From assembly GCA_964550035.1 (NCBI GenBank), contig CAZJVU010000002.1:118894-182893 (forward strand): a stretch of DNA of 64,000 nt. The letters run 5' to 3'. Each line of letters begins with the position of its first letter. Positions within the stretch are counted from its first letter, which is position 1. A program made the position numbers and the translations under genes. Source of the DNA: an uncultured Candidatus Saccharibacteria bacterium (GTDB taxonomy: Bacteria > Patescibacteriota > Saccharimonadia > Saccharimonadales > EFPC-124). Below the pieces are notes generated by a model. The model was not told the DNA's origin. It was given only the letters and a program-made list of their open reading frames with translations, and did not search any database. Positions 17,980 through 30,853 of the stretch are shown here, one piece after another.

Positions 17980-20900
17980 TTATCTCGTTATGGCGGGTGG
18001 AACCGATACCATCCCGTCTATGAGTACGTCAGCCATTTCTTGTTCGGACAATATGACCTGGTCTGTATTGTCCACTCCACCCGTGGCAGGATCGACTGTA
18101 CCAAATATGTATTCACCCCTCGGCGATCGCTCTATGAGCCTCATTGGTCCACTGTAATTGTGCGTACTTCCTAGATACGCAGTGGCGGTCGCTCCTGCAT
18201 TTATAGAGTCGAGCCTATCTTGAACCGCCCGCCTATCTTGGCTGTTCAGCCGATCAAGCGAACCGGCCGAACTTGGGATTGGACGAGAAGTCGATGGCGG
18301 AGGGGTTGCTGGAGGAGTAGGAGGTGGGGGAGGGGTGCCAGGCGTGGGCACCTTGCCTGCTTTCTCGGCGAATGCCTTCAAACCATCAAACATTCTGTTC
18401 GCACCAGTTACTCGAATACTTCTCCCATCTGGAGCCCATTCGTACTCCAGGCCGCAATAACCGAGCGAGCGTTCAATAACCGTGCGAGAGTCATCGCCAA
18501 CAGCATTAATACCCTGGCTACCACCGCTCGCTCCAGTGTCTCCGCCCCAGTAGACTCCTAGGGTCTTGTTAACCATATCTTCGACACGCGACATCACGTC
18601 TTTCTGTACCGCAGGATCGTCGTAGTCTGGAACTTCAGTGCGTGACATGATGAGGCGTCGAACAGCGTCGTCATCTGCACCAAACTCATATGACCATTGG
18701 TTGATTGGGGCATCGCCATGCGCTTCGAGTGTGTAGATGGCTCGACGAGCTGAGGTCTGCAAGCGAGACTGGGCGTTACCACCGTACCCGATGGCCTGTT
18801 TGTCAGTACCATGGCGAGCGGCCTGTAGTGCAAAACCAAGCGTCGTGTCTTCACCGACACTACTTGACATATCGTAGCCTCCCACTGCGGCCATATTCTT
18901 TAGGCGTACTGCAGTGGTTGCGCCAGACGTTGGGGGTGTACCGCCTCGCAATCGCCACATAATATTCTGGTAAAGAAAGAGCCGAGTCGCAACATGAACT
19001 TCTGGGTAATACAAGTAAGCTTCGTTATCCCAGTCAAGCTGGCCAACCATAGCGTCAAGGTCAGGGTTGTTGTAAAGACGATCACGGAAGTTTTCAAGAT
19101 AAACTTTACTTAATGCAGTGGTGTCAGCATCGTTGCTCACGATGATCAAATCACGGTCAGGGCGTGACCCGCGGTCCATACCACGCTTCAGAACAACATC
19201 ACTCAACGTCTTACGAATTGGGCCGATCTTGGCCTCATCGCGCGGCAAAGTCTGGTGGAAGTACTTGACCGGCATATCAGGATTATCTCGCATGAAACGC
19301 TCGATCTCATCGATTGTGTCTTGCGAGGAGGTCGGATTGCCGTCCTTATCAGTCTCTGGGTTGTTTACATAGAGGACAATCTCAAAGTGATCGTTGTCTA
19401 GCGACTGCTCTTTGTAGGCGGAAAGTGTTCGGTAGATGTTCCCCGCTTCTTGGTGACCGGCGACTGGTATCGCTGCAACGATATCGACAGTATCCTTCAT
19501 CTCACCAAGATCGTCTGCTAATGTTGTTATCTTATCTTTGTGCTCTTGCTCTTGTTGATCCCAATACCATTGGAGCTCTTCCTGCTCATTGAGTTCGGCA
19601 CTAGCGTCTCCTTGAAGGCGAGGCGACATACGTTGACGTAGTTGATCGCGCTGTTCCTCGGAAGTCTCAAAGTAGCTACTCAGGTAATACGAATCACGGC
19701 GTTCTTCTTCAGGGGTGGGGAGAATGATTGGCGTCTCCGGATCAGGGTCGGGAGCTTCTGCAGGCTCAATAGCGCCCAAGCCACGGCGAGGGTACCACGG
19801 CAGAACAGGCGGAACATCAACAATACGATCGACTTCAGGTGTTCCATATTCTACCGTATAACTCGTAACGGGCTGCGGCTCTGTATGCGTAACCATATCA
19901 GTGAACGACGACTTGCCCTCACCAACAACTGTCGCAAACGGGCGGATGTGTGTGACACCGTTCTGGTCTACGCCAGCAACCTCGCTTGCCTCGGCGTACT
20001 TTCCGTCGAATACTGGCTGGCCGTTAGGGCCTTTGTGGAACATGCCCTGTAGCTCTTTGTCCACTGGTGCGTGGCCATTGGAATCAAACTTGAACATGAA
20101 CGGTTGGTGTTGATCAGCACGCGTATCGGACACCGCCATCTGCAAGTGACGCAGCTGTTCTTCCGACAGATGCATGCGGCTAGCATCGAAAATAATGTCG
20201 CCGTTGCTATCGTACTTTAGATCAAGTTGGAGCTCGCGACCCTCAAAGACACGCGGCGTACCATTGTCGTGCCAGAAATCGCGCGTCACGTGGGTAGCGA
20301 GGTTCTGGTGTGCGGCGTGGAATTGTTCAGCCGAGACGGTCTCTGGGGTGGTGACGGAGTGGTTCACAACATCGTGCATGGTGGACAAATGAAAACCGTT
20401 TGAGTTAAGAGCTTCGATAGCCTGCGGGGAAAGCGTGCCGTCGGGGTTGAGCGGAAGATCGTGAAGCGCTGGCAACGAAGAACCATCCGCGCCCATAATG
20501 TTAAGCTTACCGTCGATTATCTGTGGCGATTGGAATTCGGCAGGCAGTGTTAGCTTAGCGCCGTCAGACAGTTCAACCGGTGCACCGTGCAAACCACTCA
20601 GGTGCTCGGCGCCGCTCGAACCGCCGCCAAAGACTGAGGCAAGAAGCGTTTCGTGCGTTGCATCACCCTGTTGGCTGCCCGCAAAAACTTGTTCGAGGAG
20701 CCCTGTGGTATTATCACTGCCGAGCGCCATAAGCTCCTGAGTACCGAGGCCAAGCGTTACGCCAAGTACCGTTCCTTTCGCAAACGCGACTGCAAGGCGT
20801 TTTGCCCGGAGCTTGTTGAAGACGCGATCGCTCTCTTTTATCTCGCCACCTAATACGCCTTCGGTAGCGTCGACCCGGGAGTCGAGCACGAATGAAACAA

Positions 20901-22254
20901 CATCTTTATCTTCGGACTTCAAACGATTAATATCTGCTGGCTGCATGCCAAGGGCGGTGAGCTCGGTATCGCTCGAACCTTTAATTAGATGACGAAGATC
21001 GACTTTCGCTTTTGCCAACGCGAGATCGAGGTTCAGGCGCTCCGTCTCAATGCTTTCGACGCCAGAGAAACTAATAAGGTCGAGCTTGTCCCGGTCAGAG
21101 ATTTTAATACGAGCCTGGATCTCGGCCACCATTGCCATCGCTTCATCGAAGCGGGTCTTGTCACCCTCAATTCGCAGGTTACCTTCATCGTCATAGAGGA
21201 CACCCAGCTGGTCGGTGAGGTCCTTAGCGCTTTTGGATTCGTACCGTGATTCTTCGAGCTGCTCACGACGCTTGTTGCCCGGAGCCTTGGCGTTGAACTC
21301 TTTGCCCTCGGCCATTTCACGCATGTGAAGCGCGCGCTCTTCTTTAATCATACGGTTTTCGCGCGCAGCGGCAACAACACCAGCGCCAATACCCGGAATC
21401 GCAAGCTTACCCACTGCACCTATAGCAGATTTAGCAGCCCAGCCACCGATAGAATAGGCGATAGACACCGCCGTGGCGACCGTTGCTTCGTGGACAAATG
21501 CCTTGCCTTCAAGCTTCTTCATGATTCGCTCGGTGCCAGTCAGACGAGATTCGGTGCGGGCACCCAGCCGCGCTTCACCAACAACGAACTCGGCATTCTC
21601 TAGTATGTCTTCCATACCCTTGCCATGATCAACAGCGGCTTTTACGTTCTGGGCGATCTGGAGTAGGTTGTCGGCATAGATGAGGCCTTCACCGATGTAT
21701 TTCTTCGACATGCCGTTCTCGGCCAGCATTGTCATGGTACGACGCTTTTCTTCTTCGAAACTATCGTCGTCGAGCTGACCCACGGCGTACAGACGGATCA
21801 AATCTTTCGTCTTCGTCTTGATCTCTTCAGCCTCCGGGGAGTCGTCGGACTCAATACTCTTGCGCGTTTCGCCTTCGTGGATAACTTCATCTTCGAACTC
21901 GCTGGCGAAGCGGAGCGTCGTAGCCGCCCGAGCAGCTTCGTCACTGCGCTCTTCGTGCTGGAGGAGGTTGTCATTTTCGAGGATTTCGCCTTCAGCCTGG
22001 CGCTGGTATTTGGCAAGGTAGTACTCTCTAGCAAGATTGCCCTTCCAGATACGGCCTTTGATAAAACCTTTGACGAAGCCTCGCTCATTGGTTTCTTTGT
22101 TCAGGCGCTCGTGAGCAGCTTCGACGGCTTGCTGGCGGACGTTCTGATCCAGGCCAGCGATGACGATCTTGAGTTTGCCGTCTTTCATAAACTCAGAATG
22201 CGGCATGTCTTCTGCCGCTGGGGTGGGTGATGGCGCGTGGTGAAGTTCTGACAT
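17980..22254 (-). CDS. Giant multidomain protein (1424 aa) with a GT-A (GT2-like) glycosyltransferase domain and a Pro-rich tract
   Basis: TM-like stretch ATVATAVSIAYSIGGWAAKSAIGAVGKLAIPGIGAGVVAAA. GT2-like block VAAIPVAGHQEAGNIYRTL...FEIVLYVNNP...LIIVSNDADT (DxD-like). PTPGTPPPPPTPPATPPPS near the C-terminus. Confidence 0.6.
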   Translation of the reverse strand: MSELHHAPSPTPAAEDMPHSEFMKDGKLKIVIAGLDQNVRQQAVEAAHERLNKETNERGFVKGFIKGRIWKGNLAREYYLAKYQRQAEGEILENDNLLQHEERSDEAARAATTLRFASEFEDEVIHEGETRKSIESDDSPEAEEIKTKTKDLIRLYAVGQLDDDSFEEEKRRTMTMLAENGMSKKYIGEGLIYADNLLQIAQNVKAAVDHGKGMEDILENAEFVVGEARLGARTESRLTGTERIMKKLEGKAFVHEATVATAVSIAYSIGGWAAKSAIGAVGKLAIPGIGAGVVAAARENRMIKEERALHMREMAEGKEFNAKAPGNKRREQLEESRYESKSAKDLTDQLGVLYDDEGNLRIEGDKTRFDEAMAMVAEIQARIKISDRDKLDLISFSGVESIETERLNLDLALAKAKVDLRHLIKGSSDTELTALGMQPADINRLKSEDKDVVSFVLDSRVDATEGVLGGEIKESDRVFNKLRAKRLAVAFAKGTVLGVTLGLGTQELMALGSDNTTGLLEQVFAGSQQGDATHETLLASVFGGGSSGAEHLSGLHGAPVELSDGAKLTLPAEFQSPQIIDGKLNIMGADGSSLPALHDLPLNPDGTLSPQAIEALNSNGFHLSTMHDVVNHSVTTPETVSAEQFHAAHQNLATHVTRDFWHDNGTPRVFEGRELQLDLKYDSNGDIIFDASRMHLSEEQLRHLQMAVSDTRADQHQPFMFKFDSNGHAPVDKELQGMFHKGPNGQPVFDGKYAEASEVAGVDQNGVTHIRPFATVVGEGKSSFTDMVTHTEPQPVTSYTVEYGTPEVDRIVDVPPVLPWYPRRGLGAIEPAEAPDPDPETPIILPTPEEERRDSYYLSSYFETSEEQRDQLRQRMSPRLQGDASAELNEQEELQWYWDQQEQEHKDKITTLADDLGEMKDTVDIVAAIPVAGHQEAGNIYRTLSAYKEQSLDNDHFEIVLYVNNPETDKDGNPTSSQDTIDEIERFMRDNPDMPVKYFHQTLPRDEAKIGPIRKTLSDVVLKRGMDRGSRPDRDLIIVSNDADTTALSKVYLENFRDRLYNNPDLDAMVGQLDWDNEAYLYYPEVHVATRLFLYQNIMWRLRGGTPPTSGATTAVRLKNMAAVGGYDMSSSVGEDTTLGFALQAARHGTDKQAIGYGGNAQSRLQTSARRAIYTLEAHGDAPINQWSYEFGADDDAVRRLIMSRTEVPDYDDPAVQKDVMSRVEDMVNKTLGVYWGGDTGASGGSQGINAVGDDSRTVIERSLGYCGLEYEWAPDGRSIRVTGANRMFDGLKAFAEKAGKVPTPGTPPPPPTPPATPPPSTSRPIPSSAGSLDRLNSQDRRAVQDRLDSINAGATATAYLGSTHNYSGPMRLIERSPRGEYIFGTVDPATGGVDNTDQVILSEQEMADVLIDGMVSVPPAITR

Positions 22255-22257
22255 GTA

Positions 22258-22560
22258 TTATGCCTCTAAGTAGCTTGCTTGAAATTCTGCCATCACTCGG
22301 GCAACGAGAGATTGGACATTAATACCTTCTTTATACAAGAAGTCCTGTATTTTGTCAATCTGATTCGTGTCGATCAGATGCTCCATTTTGGCCACCTGCG
22401 TATCATTAAGCGAGTTGAGAACAAGTCGATTCAGCTGGTCCTCAAGCCGTTGTAGCAAATCATTAATAAGCTGCTGCTTTACTTCTTCGTCGAGACCATT
22501 CGGGAACTTCTGTTCGACGATTTTAGTAACAAATGCGCGAGCGCCTTCACTTTCTTGCAT
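22258..22560 (-). CDS. Small helical hypothetical protein (100 aa), 3-nt gap to the giant gene
   Basis: ORF immediately upstream of 17980..22254 on the same strand, so probably co-transcribed. Confidence 0.55.
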   Translation of the reverse strand: MQESEGARAFVTKIVEQKFPNGLDEEVKQQLINDLLQRLEDQLNRLVLNSLNDTQVAKMEHLIDTNQIDKIQDFLYKEGINVQSLVARVMAEFQASYLEA

Positions 22561-22680
22561 GTTTGTTTTCTCTTACGCTTAGTATGTCCTGAATATAGCA
22601 CCCCACGACCGCAGGAGCAACACTTTGCAGCATAACGCGGCTTCTGCTAAGCTACGGGTAACACTAGCAGGGGAATAACT

Positions 22681-23778
22681 ATGGACGATAAAACTGTTTC
22701 TGAGAAGTCAGTCGATAAACCGACAAAGCAAGCTTCATCGCTGGCGCTATACGACAGCAACCCATTCACTGCGGCATGGGCTGGTCTTCAGAAGCTGGTC
22801 AAGACAAACGCCCAGACGGTGGTTGGCGTTGCACTCTTTAATATAGTACTGTTCGTCGTCTTGGGGTTGACGGGGCTGGTCGTTGTATTCTCTATCTTCG
22901 CATTTCTCGCCAAGCATGACCCTTCGTTTCCGACGTGGATTTTCCCGTCGTACAACTCGTTCGATTTCGTTAATTCCATGAACGACCTCAGTATCTATCT
23001 GACGTGGGCGATCGGATTTGTCATCTGCGTGCTTGTCATGACACTCACACAATCATTACAGCTCAACCTCTCGCTCGCGGCGGCAAAGAGCGTACCATTG
23101 AAGTTTGGCGCATTGCTAAAGGCCAGCATGGGCTCAGTACTACCGATTGTGGGGTTTGTATGCCTTATGATTCTGGCGTTTATTGTCGGCGCTGTAGCCC
23201 TTGGCCTTCTGGCGTTAGTTCTTGGGCCGATCACGCTCGTTGTGGGCGTCGTTGCACTTGCAGCAGCGATTTATGCCGGCCTGCGCCTGTCATTTGCCAC
23301 CTATGTTATCGTCGACCGTCGCCTCAGCCCTGTAGCAGCGGTCAAGAACAGCTGGAAACTTACCGATGGGCATCTTATCGAGACAGTTGGTTCGGGCGCA
23401 GTAGCCTGGATCATCTTGGCTGTTCCTAGTCTTATTATGAATGCGCTGGCTCGCATCACCGAAGGCGCACCGATGGTCTCTGGTATATTTAGTCTGCTCG
23501 ACCTGGCGCTTGTGGTTGTGCTGGTCATTGGTGCCGCTATGGCAATCGCTGAACGATACGTGCAGTTGCAGGCCCTGGCAAACAAAGAGCTCAAGCCGGT
23601 CGCCCTCAGCCCGTTCAACTATCTTGCCGTGCTCGTTATGCTCATCCTGGCGCCTATTCTGCAGGCTCTGTCGCCGACACTGAAGGATGGCAACGGCCAA
23701 CCGTTCCAGTTCTACGACAACGCTGCGCCTCTGCGTGAAGGCGAGAGCAAGTCGCCGTATCCAACCTCGCTTAACTGA
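22681..23778 (+). CDS. Polytopic membrane protein (365 aa)
   Basis: At least 6 hydrophobic segments. GGGGA RBS. No enzyme motif recognised. Confidence 0.6.
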   Translation: MDDKTVSEKSVDKPTKQASSLALYDSNPFTAAWAGLQKLVKTNAQTVVGVALFNIVLFVVLGLTGLVVVFSIFAFLAKHDPSFPTWIFPSYNSFDFVNSMNDLSIYLTWAIGFVICVLVMTLTQSLQLNLSLAAAKSVPLKFGALLKASMGSVLPIVGFVCLMILAFIVGAVALGLLALVLGPITLVVGVVALAAAIYAGLRLSFATYVIVDRRLSPVAAVKNSWKLTDGHLIETVGSGAVAWIILAVPSLIMNALARITEGAPMVSGIFSLLDLALVVVLVIGAAMAIAERYVQLQALANKELKPVALSPFNYLAVLVMLILAPILQALSPTLKDGNGQPFQFYDNAAPLREGESKSPYPTSLN

Positions 23779-23882
23779 CGATTGACAGAGGTCGGCCGCT
23801 TGTAGTATTATAGCTTCCGCGTAACCTGTGGTGGGTTTTGTCGGATCTGAAGTTATGATTCGGATGCGCACGAACGAGGAGT

Positions 23883-24089
23883 GTGATTTCCTTGTCCAAC
23901 GATTTGGGCAACATCGACGTGCAGAACCTGGTGGACCTGGCGCGGGACGGCAACCTGGGAACCGACAACCAGGCCTATCAGCGCCTCCAGACGCTGGGGA
24001 GGAACGTCCAGACAGCCCGGAACGCGCTGGACGAGATCCGCCAGGCCGGCGGCGCGCGTACCGACGTGGGCACGAACCCCGTCATCTGA
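23883..24089 (+). CDS. Small hypothetical protein (65-68 aa), GC-rich islet
   Basis: Promoter TTGACA-N18-TATTAT at about 23781-23810. AGGAG at 23877-23881; the start is GTG 23883 or more likely TTG 23892. Followed by the hairpin at 24098-24141. Confidence 0.45.
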   Translation: MISLSNDLGNIDVQNLVDLARDGNLGTDNQAYQRLQTLGRNVQTARNALDEIRQAGGARTDVGTNPVI

Positions 24090-24097
24090 TCGGCGTC

Positions 24098-24141
24098 GGC
24101 GCCCGGCGATGCGACCACCGTGGTCGTACTCGCCGGGCGCC
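24098..24141 (+). terminator. GC-rich hairpin
   Basis: GGCGCCCGGCG / CGCCGGGCGCC, an 11-bp perfect stem enclosing a second small stem (CGACCAC..GTGGTCG). Confidence 0.5.
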
Positions 24142-24216
24142 GAGCCCACCCTCAACGCAACAAGGTCCTCAGTGGCTCTCACGGCCCGAGGACCTGCTTC
24201 TTTTCTGAACTTATTT

Positions 24217-24252
24217 GCATAAAAATAGGAAACCGCCTTCCGAAGAAGGCGG
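24217..24252 (-). terminator. Intrinsic terminator for 24307..25140
   Basis: CCGCCTTC-cgaa-GAAGGCGG. On the minus strand it is followed by TTTCCTATTTTTATGC. Confidence 0.65.
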
Positions 24253-24306
24253 CGTGACGCATTGAGCCGTCAGGCCCAGGCGCGCTCCTAGTCGAACACG
24301 GGCACG

Positions 24307-25140
24307 CTACTCGATGGTGATGAGCAGCGTGTTCTTGTTGCAGATGGCGTACGGAACAACTGTGTTGAATGCGTCGGCGGCAGCGAAGAAGGCTTCAGCA
24401 CCATCCGACGGCGCGAGCAACTCGGCGGTCTCTCGCATACTCCACTCGGCGTACTCGAAAAACGGCACTCGTGGCAGACCCTGCTGGTCGCACCACCTGT
24501 AGAAGGCGGCACGATTGCTGACCTTGCCCTTACGGCGCAGGCGAACGAACGCCAGGCCGTCGTGGCTTCCGATTAGGGTCTCCTTGCGGACACCCTTGGC
24601 CTCCAGCGCATCAACCAAGCTAGCCGTGCCCGCCTGGAAGTAGCCACTAGCCAACAGTTCGCGGGCATTGGCTACGATCTGCTGACGGAAGCGCTTGTCG
24701 ATCAGATCAGCGTACGTGATGAGCATATTGACGACGACCGCTGCCTTAGCGATCGCCGCACAGCCACACTCCGGCGCGCCAGCTTCGAGAGCTTTCGTGT
24801 CGGTGTGCACGCAGAAAACGGCCTTTGGAGCTCGCGAACGAGCTCCGTCCACCATGCGCAGCGCGTGCTGTCGAGCGGTCATGCCACGGTGATACCAGGT
24901 ACGCGTCGTGAGTGCATCTGCCAGAACAGCCGCGAAGAATCCACCGAAGACCGGCGGAATCAGCAGTCGTTCTCCAAGTCGTTCGTCACCACAACCGCCG
25001 ATAAAACCCTGGGGTGAATCCACCAGGAATCGGCCGTCGCGGATAGCTTGAAGCGCCTCCTGGTTCACGGTCTGATCGGTTTGCGGCCCAAAAGCCCCCT
25101 TGGCACGCACGCCAAGCGTTGTGATCGTCAATGTAGCCAT
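24307..25140 (-). CDS. Hypothetical protein (277 aa), GC-rich islet
   Basis: Promoter TTGTAA-N17-TACTAT and a CAGGAG RBS upstream. Contains GGCGDERLG and FCVHTDT...APECGCAAI Cys/His clusters. No family recognised. Confidence 0.6.
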   Translation of the reverse strand: MATLTITTLGVRAKGAFGPQTDQTVNQEALQAIRDGRFLVDSPQGFIGGCGDERLGERLLIPPVFGGFFAAVLADALTTRTWYHRGMTARQHALRMVDGARSRAPKAVFCVHTDTKALEAGAPECGCAAIAKAAVVVNMLITYADLIDKRFRQQIVANARELLASGYFQAGTASLVDALEAKGVRKETLIGSHDGLAFVRLRRKGKVSNRAAFYRWCDQQGLPRVPFFEYAEWSMRETAELLAPSDGAEAFFAAADAFNTVVPYAICNKNTLLITIE

Positions 25141-25227
25141 GTAGTATGTAGTCTCCTGCCTGGTTCGGCTAGAACGCAGTTAATAGTACTCTAGTGAGAT
25201 GCATTTTACAAGATCAAAACAGAAAAA

Positions 25228-25659
25228 TTACAAGCCGCGCGAGCGGTGACGGCGCCGAAGCTCTGCAACCTTCAGGCGAACAGCGTGACGGTCAACAAGC
25301 GCCTGCGCATGCTCTAGCGAAACCTTGTCTTTGGCTTCGTCTTTCATTTTCTGGGCGCGCTCGAGTGCAGTACGGGCCTCGGACTCGACGATTTCATCAG
25401 CGTGGTCAGCTTCGTCCACGAGTACACGAACGTAGTCATTGCCGACCTCGATCACGCCGCCGTTGGTAGCGAAGTGGTCCATCTTGTCGTCGGTCACGCC
25501 AGCGGCTTGGCGCACGCTGATAACCCCAGGAGTTGCCAGTGTAACCAATGGCATGTGGTTCTTGAAAACCGCGATGGTGCCAGTGCTTGTCGGCAGAACA
25601 ACCTCGTAGACGTCGCCTTCAAACTTGAGACCGGTGAGTGTTACTAATTCTAGTTTCAT
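25228..25659 (-). CDS. atpC: F1 ATP synthase epsilon subunit
   Basis: Last gene of the operon. MKLELVTLTG...VLPTSTGTIAVFKNHMPLVT is typical of epsilon. Confidence 0.9.
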   Translation of the reverse strand: MKLELVTLTGLKFEGDVYEVVLPTSTGTIAVFKNHMPLVTLATPGVISVRQAAGVTDDKMDHFATNGGVIEVGNDYVRVLVDEADHADEIVESEARTALERAQKMKDEAKDKVSLEHAQALVDRHAVRLKVAELRRRHRSRGL

Positions 25660-25676
25660 ATACTAAGCTCCGGCCC

Positions 25677-25787
25677 CTCCGTCATTTTCTCCAAAACACG
25701 ACAAGCCTCCGCGCGGTAATCTGGTGACACGGAAATTTTTGTCCCCAGATTCCGGCTCCAGAGCGTGTTTTGCGAGAAAAGACGGAG
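25677..25787. repeat. Nested imperfect inverted repeat filling the atpD-atpC spacer
   Basis: Outer arms ctccgtcattttctccaaaacacg (25677-25700) and cgtgttttgcgagaaaagacggag (25764-25787). Inner arms aatctgg / ccagatt (25718-25724 / 25745-25751). Confidence 0.7.
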
Positions 25788-25801
25788 ATATCGGCTTCTC
25801 A

Positions 25802-28059
<2,258 letters not shown>

Positions 28060-28070
28060 AACGACTGCCC

Positions 28071-29600
<1,530 letters not shown>

Positions 29601-29616
29601 TCTCTTCTTATTCTCC

Positions 29617-30033
29617 TCATGCCTCTCGTGACATGTTTACGTTCAGACTTCGAAATTTAGTGAGCTTGGTGCGAGCGGTTGTGTCCAGTTCTTGCTCGGC
29701 GGTCTTCACGACCAGGCCGCTCAAAAGTTCTGGATCCGTCTGCTCGTTTAGCTCAACGGTTTGTGCACGTGTCGCTTGCTGCAAGTAAGCCGTGAGTTCA
29801 GCGCGAGCCGATGCGTCGAGCGGGAAGGCCGACGTGACGTCAGCGTATAGGTGTGCATCGGTTTGCTTGAGCTCGCTGGCGATGTCGAGCAGCAGGAGGT
29901 CGATGTGCTTTTGCTGCTTGTGCGCGATCAGGTATGCGGCCAGCGTCAGCATGATGTGACGTTGGTTCTTTGGGTCTTTGCGCAGCTGGGCAACCACGGT
30001 AGAAGCGAGTCGTCGACGAGAGACTTTTGGCAT
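29617..30033 (-). CDS. atpH: F1 ATP synthase delta subunit (OSCP), short form
   Basis: 138 aa located between atpF and atpA. Weak sequence signature, so the call rests mainly on synteny. Confidence 0.75.
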   Translation of the reverse strand: MPKVSRRRLASTVVAQLRKDPKNQRHIMLTLAAYLIAHKQQKHIDLLLLDIASELKQTDAHLYADVTSAFPLDASARAELTAYLQQATRAQTVELNEQTDPELLSGLVVKTAEQELDTTARTKLTKFRSLNVNMSREA

Positions 30034-30034
30034 A

Positions 30035-30592
30035 TTAGTTCCCGTCTTTCTCCGAACCCTGCAGGGCTCTGCTGATCAACTCGGCATTCTTCGTAGCGTC
30101 GACCTTTTCTTTCAGGATCGCGCCAGTTGCTTCGGCGACCAGCTGTGCGGTCTCTTGCTTCAGTGCGGTACGTGCCTTGGCCAGTTCGTGCTCCATGCCA
30201 GCTTGCGCTTCTTTCACGATGTGCTCAGCGCGCTTTGCGGCTTTCTCTTCGGCCTCTTCAACCATCTTGGCAGCTTCTTTGTGTCCAGCAGCAACAAGCT
30301 CCTCGGCTTCGTCGCGCGCTTCGACCAGCATATTCTGAATCTGCTTCTCGGCGTTTTCCATGGCAACCGCAGTCTCTTTGGCTTGATCGATGCTTTTCTC
30401 GACCGCAATGCGGCGGTCTTCAAGCGTCTTCACAAGTACAGGAAACGCCCACTTGCGCAGGATGAGCAGCAGCAATACAAAGGTAGCCAGCTGGAAAAGG
30501 AACGCCTTGACGTCCAAACCCAAAGCAGCGAGGCCGCCGGCTTCCGCCACGGTCCCACTTGTATGCATAGCGTTGGTTAATAGATCAATCAC
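30035..30592 (-). CDS. atpF: Fo ATP synthase subunit b
   Basis: N-terminal TM segment followed by a long charged helix (AEKQIQNMLVEARDEAEELV...). Synteny. Confidence 0.85.
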   Translation of the reverse strand: MIDLLTNAMHTSGTVAEAGGLAALGLDVKAFLFQLATFVLLLLILRKWAFPVLVKTLEDRRIAVEKSIDQAKETAVAMENAEKQIQNMLVEARDEAEELVAAGHKEAAKMVEEAEEKAAKRAEHIVKEAQAGMEHELAKARTALKQETAQLVAEATGAILKEKVDATKNAELISRALQGSEKDGN

Positions 30593-30613
30593 TCGGGAAA
30601 ACTCCGGTTACTC

Positions 30614-30829
30614 TTAGCTTGTGGTGAATACAATCAGCAGGACGAAGGCCAAAACGGCGTCGACCAGACCAGCCATTACGAAAGCGGTCGAAAGGACCTT
30701 ACCCTGAACTTCTGGGTTGCGACCAACAGCCTTTACGGCAGCTGAACCAATCAGTGCAACACCGAGGGCTGGACCAAGCGCACCAACGGCGATGGTGATA
30801 CCTTTGATCAAACTAGGATCTACATGCAT
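30614..30829 (-). CDS. atpE: Fo ATP synthase subunit c
   Basis: 71 aa two-TM hairpin with GRNPE in the loop. Confidence 0.9.
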   Translation of the reverse strand: MHVDPSLIKGITIAVGALGPALGVALIGSAAVKAVGRNPEVQGKVLSTAFVMAGLVDAVLAFVLLIVFTTS

Positions 30830-30853
30830 TACTTTATTACTCCTTATTTATAC

